From Candidatus Rokuibacteriota bacterium (lineage in GTDB: Bacteria > Methylomirabilota > Methylomirabilia > Rokubacteriales > DASRDR01), in NCBI GenBank assembly GCA_044866005.1, contig JBIOTN010000167.1, forward strand, positions 1-25,151: 25,151 nt of DNA. Direction: 5' to 3'. The first letter of the stretch is position 1. Each line of letters opens with the position of its first letter. This document shows positions 8,039-16,670 of the stretch, one piece after another. Both the position numbers and the translations under genes were made by a program. The notes under the pieces are model-generated. The model was not told the DNA's origin. It worked only from the letters and a program-made list of their open reading frames with translations, and did no database searches.

Positions 8039-9034
8039 ATGCCCCTCCGCGCCGGTCTCGTGGGCGCCGGCTTCATCGGGCGCATCCACGCCAGGATCCT
8101 CGCACGCGATCGGCGGGTCGAGCTCGTGGGGATCGCCGACTCGGCGCCCGGCATGGCCCGCCGGCTCGCCGACGAGGTGGGGGGCCGCGCCTTCGACGCC
8201 CTGCCCGCGCTCCTCGACGCGGGGATCCAGGCGCTCTGGGTCTGCACCCCGAACAGCCAGCACGGGGCGCCGGTCCTCGCGGCGCTCCCGCGCGGCCTGC
8301 ACGTCTTCTCGGAGAAGCCCATGGCGACCTCGCTCGCCGAGGCCTGGCAGATCCGCGAGGCCGCGCGGAAGGCGAGCGGGGTCTACCAGATCGGCTTCAA
8401 CCGTCGCTTCTCCCACGTCTACCGCTTCGTCAAGCGCCTGCTCGCGGAGGGCCGGCTCGCCGCGCGCGTGGCGCACCTCAAGATGAACCGCGGCGAGCTG
8501 CGTGAGCCGCCCTGGACCGGCGACCCGGGCGTGACCGGCGGCTACCTCTACGAGACGCCGGTCCACCTCCTCGACATGATGCGACACCTCCTCGGGGAGG
8601 TCGCCGAGCTCCAGGGCTGGGCGCGCCAGAGCGCCTACGCCGAGCCCGACGGGTTCACGCTCCTGGTCCGCTTCGGGAGCGGCGTGACCGCGACGTTCGC
8701 GACCGTGGCGCACACGACGTGGCTCTTCCCCTTCGAGCGGGTGGAGCTCTACGGCGTCCACCAGGCCGTGGTCACGGAGGAGATGGAGTCGGCCGCGTTC
8801 AGCCCCGGCCCGCGGGCCGAGGTCGAGGCGATCGACTGCCGCCACATGCCGTTCGAGGAGAAGTGGGGCTACGTCGAGGAGGACCGCCTCTTCGTGGACG
8901 CGGCGCTCGGCGAGGGCCCGCCGCCCGTGACGGCCGAGGACGGCTACCGCGCCACCGAGCTCGTCGAGGCCTGCTACCGGGCGGTGCGGCAGGACGGCCC
9001 CGTGCGGCTGCCGCTCCCGGAGCCGGCGCGCTGA
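8039..9034 (+). CDS. Gfo/Idh/MocA-family NAD(P)-dependent oxidoreductase
   Basis: GLVGAGFIG Rossmann motif, CTPN..H, EKP, GFNRRF, GGYLYETPVH. Confidence 0.92.
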   Translation: MPLRAGLVGAGFIGRIHARILARDRRVELVGIADSAPGMARRLADEVGGRAFDALPALLDAGIQALWVCTPNSQHGAPVLAALPRGLHVFSEKPMATSLAEAWQIREAARKASGVYQIGFNRRFSHVYRFVKRLLAEGRLAARVAHLKMNRGELREPPWTGDPGVTGGYLYETPVHLLDMMRHLLGEVAELQGWARQSAYAEPDGFTLLVRFGSGVTATFATVAHTTWLFPFERVELYGVHQAVVTEEMESAAFSPGPRAEVEAIDCRHMPFEEKWGYVEEDRLFVDAALGEGPPPVTAEDGYRATELVEACYRAVRQDGPVRLPLPEPAR

Positions 9035-9048
9035 GCCGTCCCGCCGCC

Positions 9049-9873
9049 GTGGCGTACCGCCTCGTGGTGGCCGACCTCGACGGGACCGTGCGCTCCCGCG
9101 CGCTCGGGATCACGCCGGGCGTCCGGGCGGCCATCGCCGCCGCCCGGGAGCGCGGGGTGCGGGTCTGCCTGGCGACCGGCCGGATGTGGCGCTCGGCCGC
9201 CCCGTGGGTCCGGCTGGCCGGCGCCGACCCCCCCGCCGTCCTCTACAACGGCGGACAGGTCTTCGACTTCGCCGCGGGCCGGCTCCTCTACGAGCGGCGC
9301 CTGCCGCGGGAGGCCGCGCGCGCGGCGCTCGCCATCGTCCACCGCGACCCGGACGTGCAGCCGCACCTCTACCTCCGCGACACGGTCTACGTGCACCGGC
9401 GGCACCCGCTGACGGAGGCGTACGCCGCGGACGACGGCCTCAGCTACGAGGTGGTGCCGGCGCTCGAGGACCTCCTGGCGGAGGACCCGCACAAGCTCCT
9501 CGTGATCGGACCGCCGGACCGGGTGGAGGCGCTCGGCCGCGCGGTGCGCGAGGGCGGCGTCCCCGTCCACGCCGTCCAGTCCGAGCCCACCTACCTCGAG
9601 ATCCTGCCCGCCGGCGTCTCCAAGGGCACCGCGCTCCGCGCGATGATCGCGACCCTCGGCGTCGCCGCGACGGACGTCATCGCGGTGGGCGACAACTGGA
9701 ACGACCTCGAGATGCTCGAGGCCGCGGGGCTCGGCGTGGCGATGGGGCACGCGCCGGCGGCGATGCGCGCGCGCGCCGGCTACGTCTGCGGGACCAGCGA
9801 GGAGGAAGGGTTCCGCGAGGTCCTGGAGCGATTCGTCCTGGCCCCCCGAGCGGCCGGGCGCAAGCGCGGCTGA
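9049..9873 (+). CDS. Cof-type HAD-IIB hydrolase
   Basis: DLDGT, ATGR, YNG, YLEI.P.GVSKG and GDNWNDLEM..AG..VAMG. Start GTG 9049, or CTG 9031 overlapping the upstream stop. Confidence 0.9.
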   Translation: MAYRLVVADLDGTVRSRALGITPGVRAAIAAARERGVRVCLATGRMWRSAAPWVRLAGADPPAVLYNGGQVFDFAAGRLLYERRLPREAARAALAIVHRDPDVQPHLYLRDTVYVHRRHPLTEAYAADDGLSYEVVPALEDLLAEDPHKLLVIGPPDRVEALGRAVREGGVPVHAVQSEPTYLEILPAGVSKGTALRAMIATLGVAATDVIAVGDNWNDLEMLEAAGLGVAMGHAPAAMRARAGYVCGTSEEEGFREVLERFVLAPRAAGRKRG

Positions 9874-9879
9874 AGCCGA

Positions 9880-9909
9880 TTGACGACGCCGGGCCCGATC
9901 CCCTATGGT
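9880..9909 (+). promoter_or_regulatory. Putative sigma-70 promoter
   Basis: TTGACG (9880-9885), 18 bp, TATGGT (9904-9909). Confidence 0.5.
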
Positions 9910-9988
9910 GCGGTCACCACGCCCCATCGCCCAGTCGTGGCCCACGTCGTCCTCGGGTGAGACCCGCGCGGACCAGGAAGGAGGCACC

Positions 9989-10867
9989 ATGAAGCTGCCC
10001 CGCGAGCGCTTCGACTACTCGGCCATCGTGGACCGCCGGCCGCTCAGGCTCCCCAAGAGGGCGCGCGTGGCGGTCTGGACGATCGTGAACGTGGAGGAGT
10101 GGGACATCCAGGGCCCCATGCCGCGCACCGTGCTGCCGCCGCCTGCGGGCGGCGTGGGGATCCCCGACGTGCCGAACTGGGCCTGGCACGACTACGGGAT
10201 GCGTGTGGGGTTCTGGCGGCTCAAGGCCGCGCTGGACCGCTACCGGATCAAGGCGACGCTCGCCATCAACGCCTCCGTCTGCCACTCCTATCCGCGGATC
10301 GCCGAAGCCTCCCGCGACGCCGGCTGGGAGTTCATGGGGCACAGCTACGTCCAGAAGTCGCTCCACGCCGTCGAGGACGAGCGCGAGGTCATCCGGAAGT
10401 CGGTCGAGACCATCCGGAAATTCACCGGCCGGCCGCCGCGCGGCTGGCTCGGCCCGGGCCTCACCGAGACCTGGGCGACGCCGGACCTCCTGGCGGAGGA
10501 GGGGATCGAGTACGTCTGCGACTGGGTCAACGACGATCAGCCGTACGAGATGAAGACGACGTCACGGCCGCTCGTGGTGGTGCCCTACACCGTGGAGGTC
10601 AACGACATCCCGATGATGCTGGTCCGGCTCCGCGAGCCTTCCGAGTTCCTCCAGCGCGCCCGGGACCAGTTCGACCGGCTCTACGAGGAGGGCCGCCAGA
10701 CGGCGCGCGTCATGGCCATCGCGGTCCACCCCTACATCAGCGGAGTCCCGCACCGGATCAAGTACTTCGAGCAGATCTACGCGTACATGAAGAAGCGACG
10801 GGGCGTGCTCTTCTGCAAGGGCGAGGAGATCCTGGACTGGTATCGCTCGGTCGCGGCGCGCCGGTAG
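9989..10867 (+). CDS. Polysaccharide deacetylase (CE4) family protein, PuuE-allantoinase-like clade
   Basis: NVEEW, NWAWHDYGMRVGFWR, EFMGH, RGWLGPGLTET, DWVNDDQP and HPYISG.PHR; AAGGAGG RBS before ATG 9989. Confidence 0.88.
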   Translation: MKLPRERFDYSAIVDRRPLRLPKRARVAVWTIVNVEEWDIQGPMPRTVLPPPAGGVGIPDVPNWAWHDYGMRVGFWRLKAALDRYRIKATLAINASVCHSYPRIAEASRDAGWEFMGHSYVQKSLHAVEDEREVIRKSVETIRKFTGRPPRGWLGPGLTETWATPDLLAEEGIEYVCDWVNDDQPYEMKTTSRPLVVVPYTVEVNDIPMMLVRLREPSEFLQRARDQFDRLYEEGRQTARVMAIAVHPYISGVPHRIKYFEQIYAYMKKRRGVLFCKGEEILDWYRSVAARR

Positions 10868-10892
10868 GGCGCCGCCACCCGTCACGGACGCC

Positions 10893-11888
10893 ATGGCCTC
10901 ACCGCCGGTCGTCGACATCCACGCCCACTTCGTGCCCGAGGGCTACCTGCGGCTCATCGAGACGGAGGGGCCGGCCCATGGCCTGACCCTCCGGCCCGGC
11001 CCGCAGGGCCCGCTCATCATGGTGGGCCAGCAGCCGATCGGGCCCATCACGCCCGCCTACCACGACCTCGGCCGCCGCATCGTGGCGATGGACGGGCAGG
11101 GGGTCGCGATCCACGCCCTCTCGCTCATGCCGCCGATGGTCTACTGGGCGGACGCCGCGCTCGGGCTCCGGCTGGCCCGGCTCGTCAACGACGCGATCGC
11201 GGACGCGGTCCGCTCCCGTCCCGACCGCCTGGTGGGCCTCGCCACCCTCCCGCTCCAGGCTCCGGAGGCCGCCGTCGCGGAGGTCGGCCGGGCCGTCACC
11301 GAGCTCGGGCTCCGGGGCGTGTACCTCGGCACCAACGTGCGCGGCGCCGACCTCGACGACCCCGCGCTCACCCCCGTGTTCGGCCGGATCGCGGCCCTCG
11401 GCGTGCCGGTCTTCCTCCACCCGCTGAACGTCGTGGGGGGCGCCCGCGTCGGCGCCTACTACCTCCACAACCTGCTCGGCAACCCGTTCGACACCGCGGT
11501 CGCCGCGGCCCGGCTGGTCTTCGGCGGCGTGCTCGACCGCTTCCCCACCTTGCGCGTCTGCCTCCCCCACGCGGGGGGCGCGTTCCCGTACCTCCTGGGC
11601 CGGCTGGACCGCGGCCATCGCGTGCGCCCCGAGTGCCGGCACCTGGCGCAGCCGCCGTCGGCGTATCTCGAGCGGTTCTTCTTCGACACGATCACGCACT
11701 CCCCCGAGGCCCTGCGCTACCTCATCGGGCTCGTCGGCGCCGACCGGGTGATGCTCGGCAGCGACTACTGCTTCGACATGGGATCGGACGACCCGGTGGG
11801 CGCCCTGAAGGCGGCCGAGCCGCTCGACCCCGACGCCCGCGCGCGCATCCTGGGCGGCAACGCCGTGCGGCTTCTCGGGCTCGGGTAG
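10893..11888 (+). CDS. Amidohydrolase_2 protein, ACMSD/aromatic-acid decarboxylase-like
   Basis: DIHAH, NDAIA, LATLPLQ, VFLHP, GNPFDT, HAGG.FPY..GR and GSDY.FDM. Confidence 0.88.
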   Translation: MASPPVVDIHAHFVPEGYLRLIETEGPAHGLTLRPGPQGPLIMVGQQPIGPITPAYHDLGRRIVAMDGQGVAIHALSLMPPMVYWADAALGLRLARLVNDAIADAVRSRPDRLVGLATLPLQAPEAAVAEVGRAVTELGLRGVYLGTNVRGADLDDPALTPVFGRIAALGVPVFLHPLNVVGGARVGAYYLHNLLGNPFDTAVAAARLVFGGVLDRFPTLRVCLPHAGGAFPYLLGRLDRGHRVRPECRHLAQPPSAYLERFFFDTITHSPEALRYLIGLVGADRVMLGSDYCFDMGSDDPVGALKAAEPLDPDARARILGGNAVRLLGLG

Positions 11889-12046
11889 GCCCTGCGGTGG
11901 CCGACCGAGTAGTGGACGGGCTTGCTGGGCCGGGAGCAGCGTCCGAGCGGCGGCTTTGCCGCCGCAACCCTCCCGGGAGAGGCTTCGGAGGGGGCCGTCG
12001 AGGCCCCCTCCGGTCTAACGCCGTGCGGCTCCTGGGCCTCGGGTAG
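11859..12046 (+). repeat. 30-bp imperfect direct repeat (11859-11888 and 12017-12046) flanking REP/MITE-like element copy 2
   Basis: AACGCCGTGCGGCTTCTCGGGCTCGGGTAG versus AACGCCGTGCGGCTCCTGGGCCTCGGGTAG. Between them lie hairpins GCGGCGGC-TTT-GCCGCCGC (11947-11965) and CGGAGGGGGCC-GTCGA-GGCCCCCTCCG (11986-12012). Confidence 0.85.
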
Positions 12047-12049
12047 CCC

Positions 12050-13030
12050 GTGGCCCCCCGCGTCTTCGTCACGCAGCCGATCGCCGAGAGCGCGCTCGCC
12101 CGGCTACGGGCCGTCGCCGAGGTCGGGCTGAACCCCGATCCCCTCCACATCGTCACGAAGCCCGAGCTCCTGGCCGCGGTCCCCCGCGTGGAGTACCTCG
12201 TCTGCCTGCTCCACGACACGATCGACGCCGAGGTGATCGGCGCGAGCCCGCGCCTCAAGCTGATCGCCTCCATGGCGATCGTCCCGGCGGGCGTGGACGT
12301 GAAGGCCGCCACGGCGCGCGGGATCCCGGTGACCACGATCCCGCCGCTCGTCACCGAGGCGACCGCCGACCTCCACTGGGCGTTGCTGCTCGCCGTCGCC
12401 CGGCGCGTCGTGGAGGGGGATCAGGCGGTCCGCGCGGGCGTCTTCCCGGGCGGGCAATCGGCGCGCTTCGTCGGGGCCGACGTGTACGGGCAGACCCTGG
12501 GGGTCGTCGGGCTCGGGCGCGTCGGCGAGGCCGTGGCCCGGCGCGCGGGCGGCTTCGGCATGCGGATCCTCTACACGAAGCGCCGGCGGCTCGAGGCGGC
12601 GGCGGAGGCCGCGCTCGGCGCCACCTACGCCGGCCTGGAGGCCGTCCTGCGCGAGGCGGACTTCGTCTCCGTCAACGTCGCGCTGACCCCGGAGACCGTC
12701 CACCTGATCGGGGCACGCGAGCTCGGGCTCATGCGTCCGTCGGCGTTCCTCGTCAACACCGCGCGCGGCCCGGTGGTCGACGAGAAGGCGCTCGTGGACG
12801 CGCTCCGGAACGGGACGATCGCGGGCGCGGCGCTCGACGTCTTCGAGCAGGAGCCGCGGGTGGAGCCGGGGCTCCTCACGCTCGGGAACGTCGTGCTGAC
12901 GCCCCACCTCGGCAGCGCGGCGCGGGGGACGCGGGCCCGGATCGCGGACATCGTCGCCGACAACGTCGTCGCGGCGATCGAGGGCCGCCGGCCCCCCAAC
13001 GTCTACAACCCCGAGGTCTACGGCCGGTGA
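12050..13030 (+). CDS. D-2-hydroxyacid dehydrogenase (glyoxylate/hydroxypyruvate reductase-like)
   Basis: TEATADL, GLGRVG, NTARG.VVDE, LDVFEQEP and TPHLGSA (catalytic R/E/H present). Confidence 0.92.
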   Translation: MAPRVFVTQPIAESALARLRAVAEVGLNPDPLHIVTKPELLAAVPRVEYLVCLLHDTIDAEVIGASPRLKLIASMAIVPAGVDVKAATARGIPVTTIPPLVTEATADLHWALLLAVARRVVEGDQAVRAGVFPGGQSARFVGADVYGQTLGVVGLGRVGEAVARRAGGFGMRILYTKRRRLEAAAEAALGATYAGLEAVLREADFVSVNVALTPETVHLIGARELGLMRPSAFLVNTARGPVVDEKALVDALRNGTIAGAALDVFEQEPRVEPGLLTLGNVVLTPHLGSAARGTRARIADIVADNVVAAIEGRRPPNVYNPEVYGR

Positions 13031-13046
13031 CCTGGGCCGTGGATGG

Positions 13047-13255
13047 CTACCAGGCCGAGCGAAACTCCCGCTTGACATCGGCGATGCGCTTCTCGTCCCG
13101 CTTGTAGAAGGTCCACTGCTTGATCCGCTTGGCGCGGACGAGGCCGGCCTGCGACAGGACCTTCAGGTGTTCGCTGGCGGTGGGCTGGCTCACGCCGAGC
13201 TTCCGGGCGATGAGGACGCCGCAGACCCCGTCACGGACGAGGTCGCGGACGGCGT
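13047..13255 (-). pseudogene. 5'-truncated ArsR/SmtB-family HTH regulator
   Basis: DLVRDGVCGVLIARKLGVSQPTASEHLKVLSQAGLVRAKRIKQWTFYKR is a clear ArsR winged-HTH C-terminal half. The upstream frame is non-homologous and runs antisense into the dehydratase gene, with no nearby start or RBS. Confidence 0.7.
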
Positions 13256-13292
13256 GTCCGCGCGGCGCGCGCGGGACCCGGGGAGGACACCG

Positions 13293-14324
13293 GTGGCGGG
13301 GACGAGGATCGACGGGCAGCGCATCGAGGCGACGTACGCGGTCATCCGGCCCTACATCCGCGTGACGCCCACGGTCGAGGTGCGCGGCGCGGACCTCGGG
13401 CTGGCCGACGTGCCGCTCACGCTGAAGCTCGAGCAGTTGCAGCATGCGGGGTCGTTCAAGGCGCGCGGCGCCTTTGCCAACCTGCTCATGCGGGAGCTGC
13501 CGCGGGCGGGCGTCGTCGCTGCCTCGGGCGGCAATCACGGCGCCGCCGTCGCCTACGCCGCCCGGCGCCTCGGCGTGCCGGCGAAGGTATTCGTGCCGAC
13601 CGTCTCCTCACCCGCGAAGGTCCGGCGGATCCGCGAATACGGCGCCGACCTCGTGATCGAGGGCGACGGGTACGCGGAGGCGCTCGCGGCGAGCAAGGCC
13701 TGGGCCGCGCGGTCGGGGGCGTTGCCGGTGCACGCCTACGATCAGGCGGAGACGCTGCTGGGCCAGGGGACGCTGGCGCTCGAGCTCGCGGCCCAGGCCC
13801 CCGCCCTGCACACGGTGCTCGTCCCCGTCGGTGGCGGCGGGCTGATCGGAGGCGTCGCGGCCTGGTACGCCGGCAGCATCCGGGTCATCGGCGTCGAGCC
13901 CGAAGGTGCGCCGACGCTGACGACGGCGCTCCGCGCGGGCCGGCCGGTGGATGCCCCGACGGGGAGCGTCGCGGCCGACTCGCTGTCGCCACGGCGGGTG
14001 GGCGAGCTGATGTTCGGGATCGCGCAGCGCTACATCGACCACGTCCTGCTCGTGAGCGATGCCGCCATCCGGCAGGCCCAGGAGGCGCTGTGGACCGCGC
14101 TGCGCCTGGTGGCCGAGCCGGGCGGCGCCGCCGCCCTGGCCGCATTGCTCAGCGGGGGCTACCGGCCCGGCCCCGGCGAACGCGTCGGCGTCGTCATCAG
14201 CGGCGGCAACACCACGGCGGTGGACTTCGGGGCCCCGCCGCCGGCCCCTCCCGGAGCCCCGGCTGCCCCTCCCACGGAGAGCGAAGGGGACCGCCGTCCC
14301 GCGCCGCGGCCGGCCGTCTCCTGA
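13293..14324 (+). CDS. PLP-dependent threonine/serine dehydratase family protein (no regulatory domain)
   Basis: KLEQLQHAGSFKARG (PLP lysine), SGGNHG, VGGGGL, VEP and SGGN; GGAGG RBS (13282-13286) before GTG 13293. Confidence 0.9.
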   Translation: MAGTRIDGQRIEATYAVIRPYIRVTPTVEVRGADLGLADVPLTLKLEQLQHAGSFKARGAFANLLMRELPRAGVVAASGGNHGAAVAYAARRLGVPAKVFVPTVSSPAKVRRIREYGADLVIEGDGYAEALAASKAWAARSGALPVHAYDQAETLLGQGTLALELAAQAPALHTVLVPVGGGGLIGGVAAWYAGSIRVIGVEPEGAPTLTTALRAGRPVDAPTGSVAADSLSPRRVGELMFGIAQRYIDHVLLVSDAAIRQAQEALWTALRLVAEPGGAAALAALLSGGYRPGPGERVGVVISGGNTTAVDFGAPPPAPPGAPAAPPTESEGDRRPAPRPAVS

Positions 14325-14331
14325 GGCACGC

Positions 14332-15186
14332 ATGGAATTCTGGCTGACGCAGGCGTTCAACGGGGTCTCGTACGGCGCGCTCCTCTTCCTCCTCGCCGGG
14401 GGCCTCTCGCTCATCTTCGGCATGATGCGCATCGTGAACATGACCCACGGCTCCTACTACCTCCTGGGCGGCTACGTCGGGCTGACCGTGATCTGGCGCG
14501 GCGGGCATTTCGCCCTGGCCATCCTGGCCGGCGCGCTGGCCATCGCGGTCGTGGGCATGGGCGAGTGGAGCGCGTTTCTCCGGCGGCTCTCCGGCCAGGA
14601 GCTCGGCCAGGTCCTCACCACCATGGGGTTCGCGCTGATCTTCCAGGACCTCGGCCTCATCCTCTGGGGCGGCGACCCCTACACCATCCCGGTGCCGGCG
14701 GCGCTGTCGGGGGCGTTCCGCGTGGGCCCGCTCTACTTCCCCGTCTACCGCGTCTTCATCGTCCTCGTGGCGGCGGCGGTGGCGGTCGTCCTCTGGCTCG
14801 TCCTCGAGCGGACCCGGATCGGGGCCATGATCCGGGCCACGGTCGACGATCCGGAGATGGCCCGGGGCGTGGGGATCAACGTGCCGCGGATCTCGCTCGG
14901 CGTCTTCGCGCTGGGGGCGGGGCTGGCGGCGGTGGCGGGCGTGGTCGCCGGCGGGTTCGTCGGGGTCTATCCGGGCGCGGACTTCGAGATCCTCCCGTAC
15001 GCCTTCGTCGTGGTGATCGTCGGCGGCATGGGGAGCCTCAAGGGAGCGGTCATCGGGAGCCTCATGGTCGGCCTCCTCGACAACTTCGGCAAGGCCCTGT
15101 TCCCGGAGCTCTCCTACTTCACCCTCTTCGCGCCCATGGCCGCCATCCTGGCGGTCCGGCCGACGGGCCTCTTCGGGCGGGGCTGA
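14332..15186 (+). CDS. livH: Branched-chain amino acid ABC transporter permease (LivH-type), orphan
   Basis: NG...G.LLFLLA.GLSLIFG.M.IVN..HG, T..G..IRA, VVIVGGMGS and RP.GLFG. Confidence 0.9.
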   Translation: MEFWLTQAFNGVSYGALLFLLAGGLSLIFGMMRIVNMTHGSYYLLGGYVGLTVIWRGGHFALAILAGALAIAVVGMGEWSAFLRRLSGQELGQVLTTMGFALIFQDLGLILWGGDPYTIPVPAALSGAFRVGPLYFPVYRVFIVLVAAAVAVVLWLVLERTRIGAMIRATVDDPEMARGVGINVPRISLGVFALGAGLAAVAGVVAGGFVGVYPGADFEILPYAFVVVIVGGMGSLKGAVIGSLMVGLLDNFGKALFPELSYFTLFAPMAAILAVRPTGLFGRG

Positions 15187-15325
15187 GGCGGGCGCCGCGC
15201 GACGGTCCGACGCCAGTTGACGCCCGGTTCCCTGGCCCGCGTCTGACCAACCTTCCACCACCACCATCATTCGGCACCGGTCGCGGCTGGGGCGCTAACT
15301 GTGCAGTTTTTCAGGGTCTCGGGCC

Positions 15326-15341
15326 TGGCACGCCTCGTGCT
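15326..15341 (+). promoter_or_regulatory. Putative sigma-54 (-24/-12) promoter for the copper protein operon
   Basis: TGGCACGCCTCGTGCT fits TGGCAC-N5-(T)TGCW with exact GG-N10-GC spacing, about 130 bp upstream of ATG 15470. Confidence 0.65.
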
Positions 15342-15469
15342 CATCCAGACCCGGCCGATGTCCGGCGTGCGCGGGCCCTTACCGGCTGGCGGGAGGCGGC
15401 CGAGGCAGGCGGCGCTCAGAGAGAACGGGTCTGGGACGATGGCCGGCCTTGCACGGAGGAGGATGGTCG

Positions 15470-16606
15470 ATGGGACGGAAACCTCTGGTATTCACGGTCG
15501 CTTTGTTCGCCGGGGCGGCCTTCATGGGGGCCGGGGACCGGAACCTCGGCGCGCAGCCCCAGGCGGCCCCGAGAACCCTCACCGTGCTGGTGGGGGGCGG
15601 ACAGGACACGACGGTGCTCGACAGCTTCTTCCCCCAGACCCTCCGCATCCGGGTCGGCGACACCGTCACCTGGAAGTTCAACGCGGACCCGATTCACCGA
15701 CACACGGCGACGATGGTGGGCGGCGCCTTCCCCGGCCCCCGAGACCCGGTGGCGGGCGGCCGGCCCGGCGAGGTCATTCCGGGCCGCTGGGTGCCGGCGG
15801 CGGGTGGCGCCCCCGGCGACCTGATGCGCAATCCGGTCTTCGCGTCGCCGACGCGACGGGCCGGCGCGCCCATCGAGGTCTATGACGGGACGGCCTACGC
15901 CAACTCCGGCGAGCTCTCGCCCAAGCCGCGCATCGCGGGCGTCCCGGGCGCCGAGACGTTCTCGCTGACCTTCGCCAAGGCCGGCACCTATCGCTACGTC
16001 TGTCTCTTCCACCGCCCGCACATGGTCGGGACCATCGAGGTGATGCCGGCCACGACGGCCGACGTCCCCGACCCGGCGCAGATCGACGCCCAGGCCAAGG
16101 CGGAGATGGCCCACCTCCTGTCGGTGATCGAGCGGGCCAAGACCCAGACCAACTCGGTGCGCCGGCAGCCCGGGGTCAACGGGGCCACGTTCTGGTTCGT
16201 GCGGGCCGGCGCCCATGACCTCCCGAGCGCCGACCTGCGAGGGCAGGTCTTCGACTTCGTGCCGAAGAACCTCACGATCAAGGCCGGGGACACGGTGATC
16301 TGGGAGTCGGTGGACCCGCACACCATCACCTTCGCGCCGGCGCCCCCGGCCCCCGAGCCGCTGATCGCCAGGGCGCAGGCCGACGCCTATCCCTTGCTCT
16401 TCCAGAACGCCAAGGTCTTCCGCGCCGCCAAGCCGGCCGGCGTCTACGACCCGGCCCAGCACTTCAACTCGGCGCCGCTCGGCCAGACGACCCGGGAAGG
16501 GACGAGCTGGGCGCTGACGTTCGACACGCCCGGGGTCTACGAGTACGTCTGCGCCTTCCACCACGAGATGGGGATGAAGGGCACGATCACGGTCCTGGGC
16601 CGCTAG
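15470..16606 (+). CDS. Secreted tandem cupredoxin (plastocyanin/azurin-like) protein with two type-1 Cu sites
   Basis: Signal-peptide-like N-terminus. Two repeats: F.P..L.I..GDTV.W..H, followed by YVCLFHRPHM.G.I.V and YVCAFHHEMGMKG.I.V. RBS GGAGGAGG. Confidence 0.9.
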   Translation: MGRKPLVFTVALFAGAAFMGAGDRNLGAQPQAAPRTLTVLVGGGQDTTVLDSFFPQTLRIRVGDTVTWKFNADPIHRHTATMVGGAFPGPRDPVAGGRPGEVIPGRWVPAAGGAPGDLMRNPVFASPTRRAGAPIEVYDGTAYANSGELSPKPRIAGVPGAETFSLTFAKAGTYRYVCLFHRPHMVGTIEVMPATTADVPDPAQIDAQAKAEMAHLLSVIERAKTQTNSVRRQPGVNGATFWFVRAGAHDLPSADLRGQVFDFVPKNLTIKAGDTVIWESVDPHTITFAPAPPAPEPLIARAQADAYPLLFQNAKVFRAAKPAGVYDPAQHFNSAPLGQTTREGTSWALTFDTPGVYEYVCAFHHEMGMKGTITVLGR

Positions 16607-16670
16607 GAGGCGCGGGCTGAAGGTGGCCCTGGCACCTTCAGCCTCGTCCCGGCTGACGGGGAATCGCCTG

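Noticed and set aside
4850..12012. Palindromic repeats as a CRISPR array or intrinsic terminators
   Set aside because: Only two copies about 7 kb apart, no spacers or cas genes, and no poly-U tails.
11633..12046. 137-aa ORF ending in NAVRLLGLG as a real gene or frameshift product
   Set aside because: It is an out-of-frame overlap running through the repeat element into the duplicated gene end; no slippery site was seen.
15217..15250. TTGACG as a fourth sigma-70 -35 box
   Set aside because: No plausible -10 hexamer at 16-18 bp spacing.
15256..15270. Five consecutive His codons upstream of the copper operon (possible metal-sensing leader peptide)
   Set aside because: An in-frame TGA lies at 15244-15246 with no start codon between it and the His run, so it is not translatable as read.
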